Of a DNA stretch of 64,000 nucleotides, positions 1-9,973 are shown one piece after another; position 1 is the stretch's first letter, and every line of letters starts with the position of its first letter. The stretch lies in NCBI GenBank assembly GCA_965205015.1, contig OZ242029.1:3200001-3264000 (forward strand), in the 5' to 3' direction. A model generated the notes under the pieces. It was not told the DNA's origin. It made no database searches and saw nothing but the letters and a program-made list of their open reading frames with translations. The position numbers were made by a program, and so were the translations under genes. The DNA is from Candidatus Poribacteria bacterium (lineage in GTDB: Bacteria; Poribacteria; WGA-4E; WGA-3G).

Positions 1-276
1 GTCCGTCCGGAGATCGTGATCCCCTTGGTATCAGACGCGGCAGAAACGGTGGAAGCGGCGAAGGATGGAAGCGTGGAAGGCGTTTTGGAGGTTGGCAGCT
101 CGGTGCGTATCATTCGGGAACCGTATTTCGGCAAATTGGGACGCGTCACGGAGTTGCCAGTAGAACTTCAGAATTTAGAAACAGAAGCGCAGGTGCGGGT
201 GTTGCGCGTCGAACTTGAAAATGGTGAACAAACCACTTTACCACGTGCCAATGTTGAGGCGATTGAAGGGGGTTAG
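1..276 (+). CDS. C-terminal part of a conserved hypothetical protein with KOW-like C-terminal domain (5' end outside window)
   Basis: Frame open from base 1 (VRPEIVIP...); GSSVRIIREPYFGKLGRV...LPRANVE resembles a KOW/SH3-like barrel. Confidence 0.55.
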   Translation, partial: VRPEIVIPLVSDAAETVEAAKDGSVEGVLEVGSSVRIIREPYFGKLGRVTELPVELQNLETEAQVRVLRVELENGEQTTLPRANVEAIEGG

Positions 277-283
277 TTTGGAC

Positions 284-306
284 GGCACGCGGAGCGTGCC
301 TACTAC
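284..306 (-). repeat. REP-like palindrome between convergent genes (possible terminator)
   Basis: GGCACGC-GGA-GCGTGCC followed by TACTAC (GTAG start on minus strand). Confidence 0.55.
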
Positions 307-320
307 TTTAGGGAGATTTT

Positions 321-1466
321 TCAACTGGATTGATTTTCATACCACTTAACGTTGCCGGTGCTGAGACCGCTGGCGACGATGTCCAATCTCCCGTTTCCGT
401 TCATGTCGAGGACGTGCATCTGTCCGACCCCTAAGCCGCCATTGTCAATTGTTTCTTTGCGCCATCGATTTTGTACCAGATCCTCTGGCCGGTAGAGATG
501 CAGACTTGTGCCTTCGCCGTTGTAACCACAGATAATCTCAAGGACCCCATCATCGTCAACATCAACCGCAGCGAGGGAGTGTCCTCGGTTGAGCGTGTCG
601 TCGATGAGATAGCGGTGCCATGGATCCGTTCGCGGATCGCCAGTAGCTTTATACCAGACGAGATTGTTCCCGTGCCACGGCTCAATCGCTAAAATTTCGT
701 TGATACCGTCGCCATCAATGTCAGCGGCGAATGTGTCGCTACACTCTCGGTCGCTAATGACGCATTTGCCCCAATCGTCCGTCATTGGTGATGTAGGTGG
801 TTCGTACCAGATCAATCCTTCCGAGCAACTGATCAGGACATCATCACGTCCATCTTGGTCAACATCGTTGATACTCAAGCCGTGATTGATGTGGAGGGAA
901 TCGTCAAGGAGGCGGGAGTGCCAAGAGGCTGCTTCTCGCGGGGTATCCGACAATTCATAGCACCAGAGGGAGCCGGGGCTGTGCCATTCGCCGGGTTTAC
1001 CGTCCTCGCCGCGAATGGATGCAACAATGAGAAACGGAGCTGATGTTGAGGCATTCTCGGAGAGGTTTGCGAGTCCTATACGGTGGATAAAGGGGACATC
1101 GGCGATGCGGTAACTTTTCCAATTCTGGCCGTCTTGTGCTGGCGCCTCAAGCCATTGGAGGTATCCCTCCGCGGCGTTGACCCCACGATTGAAACCGCTC
1201 CCGACAATGAGATCAGGCGTGCCGTTACCGGTGAGATCGTAAGGTGCGATGGTGATATGTCCGCTGTCCTGATCCGTCACAAGGTGTCTCTTCCAATCGG
1301 GTGCCTCGTACCAAGCAATAATGGGTTCGCCTGTAGAGCCAGCGATGATGTCAAGTTGCCCGTCTCCGTTTATATCAGCGACGGCGAGCCCATAAACACT
1401 TTTGAAGGTGTTGTCCAGTAGGTGTCCTCTGAATTTCACGGTTAATCTCCTCGTATGATCGCACAC
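321..1466 (-). CDS. FG-GAP/VCBS-repeat beta-propeller protein (aldos-2-ulose dehydratase-like propeller)
   Basis: Repeated DxxGDGxxD motifs (ADINGDGQLD, DLTGNGTPD, DVDQDGRDD, DIDGDGINE, DMNGNGRLD); EPWHGN motif. Confidence 0.75.
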   Translation of the reverse strand: MCDHTRRLTVKFRGHLLDNTFKSVYGLAVADINGDGQLDIIAGSTGEPIIAWYEAPDWKRHLVTDQDSGHITIAPYDLTGNGTPDLIVGSGFNRGVNAAEGYLQWLEAPAQDGQNWKSYRIADVPFIHRIGLANLSENASTSAPFLIVASIRGEDGKPGEWHSPGSLWCYELSDTPREAASWHSRLLDDSLHINHGLSINDVDQDGRDDVLISCSEGLIWYEPPTSPMTDDWGKCVISDRECSDTFAADIDGDGINEILAIEPWHGNNLVWYKATGDPRTDPWHRYLIDDTLNRGHSLAAVDVDDDGVLEIICGYNGEGTSLHLYRPEDLVQNRWRKETIDNGGLGVGQMHVLDMNGNGRLDIVASGLSTGNVKWYENQSS

Positions 1467-1478
1467 GATGTGTTTTAT

Positions 1479-1913
1479 CTAAGGGTTGAGAAAAAATCGG
1501 ATAATCCCAGGCTCTATCTCATACCCAACGCTCGACCAGAATGCGCTCGCCCACGGATATTTCTCTTCTACGAGTGCTGTGATGCGTTTAACGCCGTGTT
1601 TTGCTAAGTATTTCTCGCCTTCCTTGACTAAAGCCCGTCCAATTCCCCGCCGTCGGTAGTCAGGATGCACTGCGAGTCGATACATGTTCCCGCGCCATCC
1701 ATCGAAAGTGGCTATTAAGGAGCCGACGATCCGTTGATCTACCTCAGCGACCAGCACCGTCGCGATGCTTTTTATTGCGCCCTGAATGTCTGCGATAGTA
1801 TCTGTGATGCTCGGGGATGTTCCAGCAGCCTGCCACAATGTGAAAAGTGCTTCTGCCTCTTCTAATCGACATTCTCGGATTAAGAAAGTATCCATTTTGT
1901 CCGATGAATTCAT
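1479..1913 (-). CDS. GNAT family N-acetyltransferase (YpeA-like)
   Basis: FDGWRG..YRLAVHPDYRRRGIGRAL acetyl-CoA binding motif A. Confidence 0.85.
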   Translation of the reverse strand: MNSSDKMDTFLIRECRLEEAEALFTLWQAAGTSPSITDTIADIQGAIKSIATVLVAEVDQRIVGSLIATFDGWRGNMYRLAVHPDYRRRGIGRALVKEGEKYLAKHGVKRITALVEEKYPWASAFWSSVGYEIEPGIIRFFLNP

Positions 1914-1965
1914 ATCTTTGAAACGGGAACGAGGGATGCCAGCAAATAGATTGGCACCTACGGAA

Positions 1966-1990
1966 GGCGAGGTTAGAAACCTCGCCAGCG
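1966..1990 (+). repeat. Dispersed palindromic repeat, GGCGAGG-N-AACCTCGCCAGCG family
   Basis: Related copies at 27005-27030, 39486-39510, 47695-47719, 53143-53167 and 59181-59210. Confidence 0.75.
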
Positions 1991-2026
1991 AGGGATACTT
2001 ACGGTATACTTACAAGAGAAGAAGAT

Positions 2027-3019
2027 TTACTCGTCAAGCCAGCTCATCATGCTGCGCAGGTTTTTGCCGACTTTTTCGATTTCCAATTCCGCTTCCTGTC
2101 GACGGAGCGCACCGAGTACGGGTTGATTCGCTTCATTTTCCAAGACCCACTCTCGTGCGAAGACACCTTCCTGCACGTCCTTCAAAATTTGGCGCATTTT
2201 GTCTCGAATGCTGTCGTCAATGATCCGCGGACCCCGCGTGAGGTCCCCGAATTCAGCAGTATTGCTAATGTCATTTCGCATTTTGCTCAATCCGCCGGCG
2301 TAAATTAAATCGACAATCAACTTGAGTTCGTGGAGACATTCAAAGTAAGCCATCTCAGGTTGGTACCCCGCTTCAACAAGTGTGTCAAAAGCGGCTTTGA
2401 TGAGTGCCGCGGTCCCGCCACACAGGACGGCTTGTTCGCCAAAGAGATCCGTTTCGGTTTCCTCACGGAAGGTTGTTTCGATGACACCTGAGCGCGTGCC
2501 ACCGATGCCTCTGGCATAAGCGAGCGCGACATCGCGTGCAAGTCCTGTGGTATCTTGATGGATAGCAACAAGGCAAGGCACGCCACCACCGCCTTCAAAT
2601 ACCTCGCGGACAAGGGATCCGGGTCCCTTCGGTGCAATCATTGCGACATCAATGTCACTGGCAGGCACAATCTGTCCAAAATGGACGCTGAACCCGTGTG
2701 AGACGAGGAGCATGTTTCCCGGTTCCATGTTTGGGGCAATCTGATCGCGGTAGACGGCTGCATGCCGTTCGTCAGGGATGAGAACCTGGACGATGTCTGC
2801 CATTGCGGTGGCTTCTTCAACGGTTTTGACGGTTAAGCCTTCGGCTTCCGCTCGCGCTTTTGAACGGCTGCCTTCATATAATCCGACGACAACATTCGCG
2901 CCACTGTCCTTGAGGTTGAGTGACTGGGCACGTCCCTGTGCACCGTAACCCACAACAGCGACGGTGCGCTCTTTCAGTAAATCAAAATTGGCATCACTGT
3001 CGTAATAAATCGTTGCCAT
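2027..3019 (-). CDS. ilvC: Ketol-acid reductoisomerase
   Basis: [28 protein letters not shown] and [14 protein letters not shown] motifs. Confidence 0.98.
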   Translation of the reverse strand: MATIYYDSDANFDLLKERTVAVVGYGAQGRAQSLNLKDSGANVVVGLYEGSRSKARAEAEGLTVKTVEEATAMADIVQVLIPDERHAAVYRDQIAPNMEPGNMLLVSHGFSVHFGQIVPASDIDVAMIAPKGPGSLVREVFEGGGGVPCLVAIHQDTTGLARDVALAYARGIGGTRSGVIETTFREETETDLFGEQAVLCGGTAALIKAAFDTLVEAGYQPEMAYFECLHELKLIVDLIYAGGLSKMRNDISNTAEFGDLTRGPRIIDDSIRDKMRQILKDVQEGVFAREWVLENEANQPVLGALRRQEAELEIEKVGKNLRSMMSWLDE

Positions 3020-3185
3020 TTTTCTAATTTTCCTTGCGGTTCGTTTCGGAAGGTTTGCGTATGAGTGCCCCTTCCGTCTATCTAGGGGAAATACCCTATC
3101 AAAAACCCTGCGTGTTTTTGCGAATCAACGCTGAATGCGCGTGTGGCATTCAGCGGGGTATTTCTGCGTATTGTTGCAGGCTACA
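3017..3185 (-). repeat. Dispersed repeat element ending in CGAACCGCAAGGAAAATTAGAAAAATG (SD + ATG of ilvC)
   Basis: Terminal motif recurs at the pgl, hppA, ADH and ggt starts; internal blocks shared with 22916-23106 and 33305-33463. Confidence 0.75.
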
Positions 3186-3228
3186 ATTTAGGGTTAATGG
3201 AGCGGGGCGCAGCCCAGAGGTACATCAA

Positions 3229-3729
3229 TTAAAATTCGGAGCCGCGGAGCATTGCTATTTTGCCGGTGCGTGCTAACTCAAGGATGCCGTAGGTATTGAA
3301 AATATCAATCGCTGCTCTCAATTTACCCTCATCCCCTGTAATTTCAAGGACAAGTGAGGTAGGCTTCATATCAATGACCCGTCCACGGAAGACTTCCGCG
3401 ACTTGTAGCACCTCAGTACGTTTTTGAGGATCGTCGGTGGCGACCTTGATAAGAACAAGTTCTCGCTCAACATGCGTCCCAGCCGTGGAAAGGTCTGTTA
3501 CCTCAATAACGTCAATAAGTCTGTTGAGATGATGATAGATCTGTTCAATAATTTGGGCATCGCCGTGCGTGACAAGCGTTATCTGCGAAATACTCCTGTC
3601 ATGCGTTTCGGCAACGTTAAGGCTATCGATATTAAAGCCGCGTCCGCTGAAGAGTCCCGCAACACGTGCGAGGACTCCAAATCGGTTTTCGACCAAAACG
3701 GAAAAAATGTGTCGTTCTTCAGGATTCAT
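3229..3729 (-). CDS. ilvN: Acetolactate synthase small (regulatory) subunit
   Basis: ACT domain VLVENRFGVLARVAGLFSGRGFNIDSL; ERELVLIKV; ELARTG; lies between ilvB and ilvC. Confidence 0.96.
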   Translation of the reverse strand: MNPEERHIFSVLVENRFGVLARVAGLFSGRGFNIDSLNVAETHDRSISQITLVTHGDAQIIEQIYHHLNRLIDVIEVTDLSTAGTHVERELVLIKVATDDPQKRTEVLQVAEVFRGRVIDMKPTSLVLEITGDEGKLRAAIDIFNTYGILELARTGKIAMLRGSEF

Positions 3730-3743
3730 TCTTTAATTTTACC

Positions 3744-5420
3744 TTAAGATAAGCCGCGGATAACATCTCCGAGTCCGGCACCCGCTGGTACCATCGGGAA
3801 CACATTTTCTTCTTCATCAACGATAAAGTCGATGACGACCGGACCGTCAGTAATCCCTTTTGCCTTTTGAAGTGCTGGCACAACATCTTCAGTGTGTTCA
3901 ACCCGTAAGCCTGTGGCACCGAATGCTTGTGCGAGTAAAGCGAAATCTGGGTTGTCGTGGTAATCGACAGCGGAATAGCGTTTACCGTGGAACAATTCCT
4001 GCCATTGGCGAACCATTCCCAAGTACATATTGTTGATGATGAAAATCTTAAGCGGCAGTTTCATCGTAACCGCTGGCACCAATTCTTGGATTGTCATGAT
4101 ATAGGAGCCATCGCCATTGATGTTGACGACGGTTTTGTCCGGACATCCAAGTTGCGCACCGATTGCGGCGGGGAGACTGAAGCCCATCGTCCCGAGACCA
4201 CCGGAGTTGAGCCATTGACGGGGTTCAGTGAATTTGAAGTATTGCGCCGCCCACATCTGATGCTGTCCGACATCCGCGACGACAATCGCATCGCTGTAAT
4301 GTTCATAAATCTGCTCAATGACGTATTGCGGCATTACCTTATCGGCTTTTTGCTCGTATTCAAATGGGTACTTCTGCTTCCATTCCTGAATCTGGTCGCG
4401 CCAGGGATCAATATCCGCTATGCCAACCTGTTTGTTGAGTTCAGTGAGGACGTTCTTCGCATCACCAACGATAGGAACATCTACCGGTACATTTTTCCCG
4501 ATACAGGAGGCGTCAATATCAATGTGGATTTTTTTGGCGTTCGGTGCAAATTTATTGAGATCACCGGTAACGCGGTCGTCGAACCTTGCCCCGATAGCAA
4601 TAACAAGGTCTGCGTCCGTAAAAGCGTAATTTGCGCAACAAGAGCCGTGCATTCCGGGCATCTCCATCGCCAAAGGATGCGTTTCGGGAAAAGCACCGAG
4701 CCCCATCAGTGTAACAGTAATCGGGATCTGGGTTTTGAGCGTGAATTGTCGTAGCTCTTCACTGGCATTGGCGAGGACGACGCCACCGCCGGCATACAGC
4801 ATTGGACGTTTCGCTTCCTTAATCAATGCCGCGGCCTTCCCGATTTGCACCGGATCCCCGTGAACTTGCGGTTTGTAACTGCGAATGTCAACCGTTTCTG
4901 GATATTGAAACAGTGCTTCGTGCAGCTGCGCGTCTTTGGCAATGTCAATAACAACAGGCCCGGGTTTCCCAGTCTTCGCGAGGTGAAACGCTTCGGCGAC
5001 GACATCTGCGACTTCGTCGCAATTTTTGATTAAATAACTATGCTTACAGATCGGACGCGTTACACCGATAACGTCACATTCTTGGAAAGCATCGCTGCCG
5101 ATATAATGGGTGAAGACCTGTCCAGTAATCGCGACCATCGGAATCGAATCCATGTAAGCGGTTGCGATACCGGTAACGAGGTTGGTTGCGCCGGGGCCGG
5201 AGGTTGCGAGCGCGACGCCGACATCGCCTGTGGCGCGTGCGTAGCCATCAGCGGCGTGGGAAGCCCCTTGTTCATGCCGCATCGGAATCAATTTGATTTC
5301 CGTCTCACTATACAGGGCATCGAAAATCGGCATCGCCGCGCCACCGTTCACACCAAAGATATATTCGACACCTTCCCGCTTGAGACTGTCAACAAGGATT
5401 TGCGCTCCTGAAAGTTCCAT
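3744..5420 (-). CDS. ilvB: Acetolactate synthase large subunit (start probably ATG at 5420, MELSGAQ)
   Basis: RHEQGASHAADGYAR, TSGPGATN, RFDDRVTG and the ThDP motif GDGS...NN. Confidence 0.97.
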   Translation of the reverse strand: MELSGAQILVDSLKREGVEYIFGVNGGAAMPIFDALYSETEIKLIPMRHEQGASHAADGYARATGDVGVALATSGPGATNLVTGIATAYMDSIPMVAITGQVFTHYIGSDAFQECDVIGVTRPICKHSYLIKNCDEVADVVAEAFHLAKTGKPGPVVIDIAKDAQLHEALFQYPETVDIRSYKPQVHGDPVQIGKAAALIKEAKRPMLYAGGGVVLANASEELRQFTLKTQIPITVTLMGLGAFPETHPLAMEMPGMHGSCCANYAFTDADLVIAIGARFDDRVTGDLNKFAPNAKKIHIDIDASCIGKNVPVDVPIVGDAKNVLTELNKQVGIADIDPWRDQIQEWKQKYPFEYEQKADKVMPQYVIEQIYEHYSDAIVVADVGQHQMWAAQYFKFTEPRQWLNSGGLGTMGFSLPAAIGAQLGCPDKTVVNINGDGSYIMTIQELVPAVTMKLPLKIFIINNMYLGMVRQWQELFHGKRYSAVDYHDNPDFALLAQAFGATGLRVEHTEDVVPALQKAKGITDGPVVIDFIVDEEENVFPMVPAGAGLGDVIRGLS

Positions 5421-5525
5421 GCCAATTTTCCTCATAAGCTGCAGGGGTGAGGGATATAGTTCCCTGTTCCCTGCGCGGAGTCGTTGAATTTTCGGTGCAG
5501 CTTGCAAACCGAAAACTTGCTCTAC

Positions 5526-5842
5526 AAAAGAAAAAGCCTCCTCGTTCCGAACATGGAGACGAGAAGGGCATTCACACTGACCTTACCGTGGTACCACTCC
5601 AATTCTCTTTCTCACTTTCATTCAAGATATTGGGTTTACAAAACCCACCTATAATGAGAGAGAGCACTCTTTGGGATGCGATAACGGGCATCACACCGAC
5701 CCATCCTACTGAGGTTTATAGACTGTTCAGATGCGCAGCTCCAGGGCGACCTTCAGTCGTGGGAACTTGTGGAGACCTTTCAGCCTATGAGTCTCCTTCT
5801 CTGGCAAGTCGGGACGACTTACTCCTCCCCTTCAACGCTTTT
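5526..5842 (-). promoter_or_regulatory. T-box riboswitch leader of the ilvBNC operon (probable Val, GUC specifier)
   Basis: Minus strand shows GA-motif ends, an AGUA box, AGAGA bulge, GCUGAAA loop, specifier loop GAA-G-GUC-G (GUC at 5750-5748), T-box AAUUGGAGUGGUACCACGG, and terminator GCCCUUCUCGU...ACGAGGAGGC-UUUUUCUUUU. Confidence 0.92.
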
Positions 5843-5928
5843 ATAGGTAATCTATTTAATTGTTAATTACGCACGCTGTTTTAATGAAGTTTCATAGGCG
5901 CGCTAAAAAAACTATATGTTATGTCTTA

Positions 5929-5957
5929 AGTATAACACATCTGAACAGAAATGTCAA
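5929..5957 (-). promoter_or_regulatory. Sigma70-type promoter for the T-box-ilvBNC leader
   Basis: TTGACA-17 bp-TATACT on the minus strand. Confidence 0.8.
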
Positions 5958-6116
5958 GAAAAATTTAATCGCGCCCCGGCAATAGGAATTATATTTCGCG
6001 TGGTAAGAAGTCAGTGGAAATATAGGGGCGTGTGTCCGTTACTTTAGGAAGTAGAGGGTAGGTTTGAAACACACTTCGCTCCTACCCCTACCAACATGTA
6101 AACGTGTTACGGAATG

Positions 6117-6722
6117 TTAGGCGTTTGCTATGTAGAGTTCATTGACCCGAGTCCAGTTGATGACGTTTGTCCACGCCTCAACGTAATCTGGACGGCGATT
6201 CTGGTAATTCAAATAATAGGCGTGTTCCCAGACATCGATACCCAGAAGCGGGGTATGTCCCTGCATAATTGGACTGTCCTGATTCGCCGTGGAGTAGATT
6301 TCCAAGCCACTGTCGCCGAGGACGAGCCATGCCCAACCAGAACCGAAGCGTGTGGTTGCGGCAGTAACAAATTGTTCTTTTGCTGCCTCCAGTGATCCGA
6401 AGGTAGAGGTGATCGCAGCTGCGATTTCTCCACCGGGTTCACCCCCATTAGGACCCATGATGGACCAAAAGAGGGAATGATTGGCGTGTCCGCCGCCGTT
6501 GTTGATGACAGCTTGGCGTTTGTCTTCCGGCACCTGATCGAGGTTACCGAGTAGGTCGTGAATATCCATATCGGCGACAGCACCGAGACCCTCTAAAGCG
6601 GTATTGAGGTTGGTGATATAGGCTTGATGGTGTTTGCCGTGATGGATTTCCATCGTTTGGACATCAATATAAGGTTCCAAAGCATCATGCGCGTAAGGCA
6701 ATGCTGGTAATGTATGTGCCAT
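6117..6722 (-). CDS. sodA: Superoxide dismutase, Mn/Fe family (Mn-type signatures)
   Basis: [28 protein letters not shown]. Confidence 0.95.
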   Translation of the reverse strand: MAHTLPALPYAHDALEPYIDVQTMEIHHGKHHQAYITNLNTALEGLGAVADMDIHDLLGNLDQVPEDKRQAVINNGGGHANHSLFWSIMGPNGGEPGGEIAAAITSTFGSLEAAKEQFVTAATTRFGSGWAWLVLGDSGLEIYSTANQDSPIMQGHTPLLGIDVWEHAYYLNYQNRRPDYVEAWTNVINWTRVNELYIANA

Positions 6723-6816
6723 TTTTAAAAATAGCCTCCTATTTTATTTTTTCACTTGCGCTTGCGAGTCTGCGCGCTAAGGGACGTGCAAGCAATATGC
6801 TTTAAAAATCAAAAAG

Positions 6817-6845
6817 AGTATAACAGATTTGGTAGAAGTGTGCAA
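6817..6845 (-). promoter_or_regulatory. Sigma70-type promoter of sodA
   Basis: TTGCAC-17 bp-TATACT. Confidence 0.65.
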
Positions 6846-6877
6846 GTTTTTTCTGAGTGGAAACGAAAAACGGAATG

Positions 6878-9800
6878 TTAATCTTCGGACTGAGGGGTTT
6901 CAGAGATTGCACCGACACGGCAGACCCGCTTGTAACGACAGTAGTTGCAGGGTTCTGTTTTATTTCTCGGGGTGATTGGTGTATCGCCTTCTTCTTCGGA
7001 ATCTACGAATGTTTCAACGCGTGTGATGAGCGGGAAGGTGCCTTGAGATATACTGTCAACGTACTGTTGAACGTAGCCGCTCACGCGCGCGAGTCGATCA
7101 TTGAAGGTTTCATCTTCTAACAACTGACTGTTTCTTGAACTCACCGATTTCCAGGCCTTACCATTGTAATTGCTGTAGGCACCGCCGTTTTCGGATTCTG
7201 TTCCGATACCGAGTTCAACTTTACATTGATCCAATCTGACTTTATAGTAGAGACCTGCTGCAGGCTCTAATCCTGCTTCTGTTTGCCCATTCAGCAATTT
7301 TGCGGCGATTTGGAGGTAAACTGGGAGTTGAAGGCTCCGTCCCTCAAGAATATCGCGCATTCCGATGGTGGAGCTACCCGTTTTATAGTCAATAATATTA
7401 AAGGAGTCAGTGCCGATATCAATGCGGTCGATTTTGCCAGTCATACGCACGTCGCCGATAGCAATGGGTTCAGTGCAGCTAAGTTCCGGATCTCTCGGTT
7501 CACGTTTCTGTCCAAAACTCACCTCAAAATAGCGTGGCAAAACAGGTAAACCGTAGGTTCGTTCTGCTTCGAGCCATTTACGAAGGGCAACACGAAGTTT
7601 CTCTATATCGATTTGCCAAAAGAGATTGTTTTCGCCAATAAACTTCTCCTTCCGGTCGTTGCGCTGTTCCGTAGCTTGATGATTGAGCAATTCATTTAGG
7701 TGCGTTTCTGCGTCTTTAAAGGCTTCCTCGTCACATTGTCCGATAGGCGGTCTTTTTGCGTTGTGGCGGTTGTTGTAAAATTCAAAGATAACATTATGGA
7801 GTAATGCTCCCTTTTCAAGACCGGATAACTCATCTTCCGTTTCGTCCTCTTCAATACGGAACTTCAAAACTGTATTGACAAAATACTGAAATGGACATTT
7901 GGCATAAGTTTCCAGTTCTGTGACGGAATAAGTCCGCTGCCGCCGATTTTCCAAACGCGTCTGGCTTGCTGGAGAAAGCGTTTTCGCCGTTAGAATCCCT
8001 TCATAAGCCAAATGCGCGTGGGTCTTTTCGCGACTTTTTTCTACCTTAACGACGTGGTTTATGAGGGGACGCATGCCTGCGATTTCAGCAGGGAATTCTT
8101 TGGTAGAGGGTTCAGAGGATGTCCATACGTGATCGCCGTACCTACTGAGGAAACCGGTTACACTCCCGCGCGAGGGATTCGGAACCTCCATCTCCTCAAC
8201 AGTGGCAATCGCCTTTAATGGACCGAGAAAAGGGGAGGGGATTAGGTTCGCTTCTCCTTCACGTTTTGGGGTCAGAAGATAGAGTCGTTCCCGAAAAGAC
8301 TTGAGTACCCCATAGAACATGAGCCGATTATTGTAGAGTTGTTCTTCTTCAGTACGGTAGGGATGGTCTGGCAGCAGTGGATCGGGTCGATAATTTGCTG
8401 GAAAACTGCCTTCCACAAAATCACATAAAAAGACGGTATTAAACTCCAAACTTCTCAGTTCACTGAGTTTTGTAACTTTGACGGTTTCTTCTTCGGTCGT
8501 TGCTCTGTTTTGGTAATTCGTATGCTTTGCAATGTGGTGTAATTTCTCGATATACTCATTAAGGGAACACGCTTCGACGCCATCCGATTTTAAAACACTA
8601 CAGAGTTCTTTAACAATCTCCTTGAATCGGCGATACGCCTCAATCTCGCCTTCGACGACCTCTCGGTTTTTTCTGAGCATCGGATTTAGAATACGCTGAA
8701 TGACCCCGCCATCTGTGAGTAGGTCATTGACATACCGCTGAAACTCGTCAGGGTGGAATGGGCGTGTGTGTGAGGCAGGCTCGACCTCAGAGAAATAGGT
8801 ATCGTCTAACGGCACTTGACGCGATGAAAGACGAGAAAATATTGCTTTGACGACTTCTGACCTTGTCAAAGGTAGACTTTTGACAAGTGAGTAGTGGATA
8901 CCGTAAGTCGGAAAAATCTCAGCGATGCGTTGTTCATATTGTTCTATATTGGAACAGGCAACGCAGATATCACTGAACTTACAGTGCTTCTCCGAGACAT
9001 GTTTTTGGATCAGGTGTGCAATCTGTACCACTTCTTCGGAACGATCGGCTGGTTCCAACACTTTAATGTGAGGCACCGCAATTGGGGTTACGCAAGGATT
9101 ATCCGTTTGGAACAGGTTATTGGCGTAGTGTTGATGAAGTTCAGGTTCCCGCTCGTAGTCGGCATCAATATTTACACCTACCGCTTCAAATTGTCTGACG
9201 AGATCAGCGATATTGCTGTAAAGGTTTTCATTTCCTTCAACATAGTCGGTCCGGAACCACATCTCTATTTGAGGTATCTTAGCAATGTGGGTCAAGATTT
9301 GGATGTCAACTTTAGAAAGGAGGGTAAATCCTTCAACAACAACAAGATTGATTCTTGGAAATGCCCCGATTATGAGAGAACCCAAATTAGTAGCGTTAGC
9401 AAGGTACAGACGCTTGCTTTGTTCATCTATCCAACGGTCTTTAAGTTTGGTTTCATAGTCGTTATAAATGCGAACGAAGTCATCCTCGGTTGGATTTTGT
9501 GATTCGCTATTTCCGATATTTAGCGTGTCCTCCCCGTATTCTTTAAGACGGTTAATTGTGTCAGCGATGACGGAGAGCGTGCTATCCGGCACAGCAATGT
9601 TTTGGCTGGGTCGAAATGTGTTATAAGGGTAGGCATCAGGGGTGTCGGATTGGGGATTCGCGGTTTCATGCAGCCAGAGGTTTTGGAGGCCTTGCGAGAT
9701 GTGTTGTCTTGATGGAAGGACTTGGTTGTATAGGCTTTGAATGAAACTTCCGAGTGTATGGACGCGCAAATTAGTAACTGCTCGGTTCGGGTGATAACCG

Positions 9801-9913
9801 ACCAATTCGCGCTGACGTTTCAAACGCGCGGAATCGGTCGGTACAATAATAACGAAGGCGTTTGCTGTATCGTTCTGAATGCGGGTTTTAAGAATATTTT
9901 CTATATCTTGCAT
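6878..9913 (-). CDS. AddB/RexB-like protein: inactive helicase-like N-terminus plus C-terminal PD-(D/E)XK nuclease with Fe-S staple
   Basis: YSVTELETYAKCPFQYF, GKIDRID, IIDYKTG, LQLPVY, CNYCRYKRVC. Confidence 0.85.
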   Translation of the reverse strand: MQDIENILKTRIQNDTANAFVIIVPTDSARLKRQRELVGYHPNRAVTNLRVHTLGSFIQSLYNQVLPSRQHISQGLQNLWLHETANPQSDTPDAYPYNTFRPSQNIAVPDSTLSVIADTINRLKEYGEDTLNIGNSESQNPTEDDFVRIYNDYETKLKDRWIDEQSKRLYLANATNLGSLIIGAFPRINLVVVEGFTLLSKVDIQILTHIAKIPQIEMWFRTDYVEGNENLYSNIADLVRQFEAVGVNIDADYEREPELHQHYANNLFQTDNPCVTPIAVPHIKVLEPADRSEEVVQIAHLIQKHVSEKHCKFSDICVACSNIEQYEQRIAEIFPTYGIHYSLVKSLPLTRSEVVKAIFSRLSSRQVPLDDTYFSEVEPASHTRPFHPDEFQRYVNDLLTDGGVIQRILNPMLRKNREVVEGEIEAYRRFKEIVKELCSVLKSDGVEACSLNEYIEKLHHIAKHTNYQNRATTEEETVKVTKLSELRSLEFNTVFLCDFVEGSFPANYRPDPLLPDHPYRTEEEQLYNNRLMFYGVLKSFRERLYLLTPKREGEANLIPSPFLGPLKAIATVEEMEVPNPSRGSVTGFLSRYGDHVWTSSEPSTKEFPAEIAGMRPLINHVVKVEKSREKTHAHLAYEGILTAKTLSPASQTRLENRRQRTYSVTELETYAKCPFQYFVNTVLKFRIEEDETEDELSGLEKGALLHNVIFEFYNNRHNAKRPPIGQCDEEAFKDAETHLNELLNHQATEQRNDRKEKFIGENNLFWQIDIEKLRVALRKWLEAERTYGLPVLPRYFEVSFGQKREPRDPELSCTEPIAIGDVRMTGKIDRIDIGTDSFNIIDYKTGSSTIGMRDILEGRSLQLPVYLQIAAKLLNGQTEAGLEPAAGLYYKVRLDQCKVELGIGTESENGGAYSNYNGKAWKSVSSRNSQLLEDETFNDRLARVSGYVQQYVDSISQGTFPLITRVETFVDSEEEGDTPITPRNKTEPCNYCRYKRVCRVGAISETPQSED

Positions 9914-9973
9914 CTGTTTCGCATCAAGGTGTTTTGCTTGGATATTTTCCAGAAACCCCTCCCACTGTAACGA

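Noticed and set aside
3957-4754. Long plus-strand ORFs opposite housekeeping genes (also 8894-9502 and 11702-12277)
   Set aside because: Antisense to well-supported genes and lacking recognisable motifs.
5421-5507. N-terminal extensions of ilvB (and likewise tmk 14733-14888 and hppA 22919-23041) in the ORF track
   Set aside because: They overlap leader sequence, the upstream gene or the repeat element; downstream ATGs match the family N-termini or have SD sequences.
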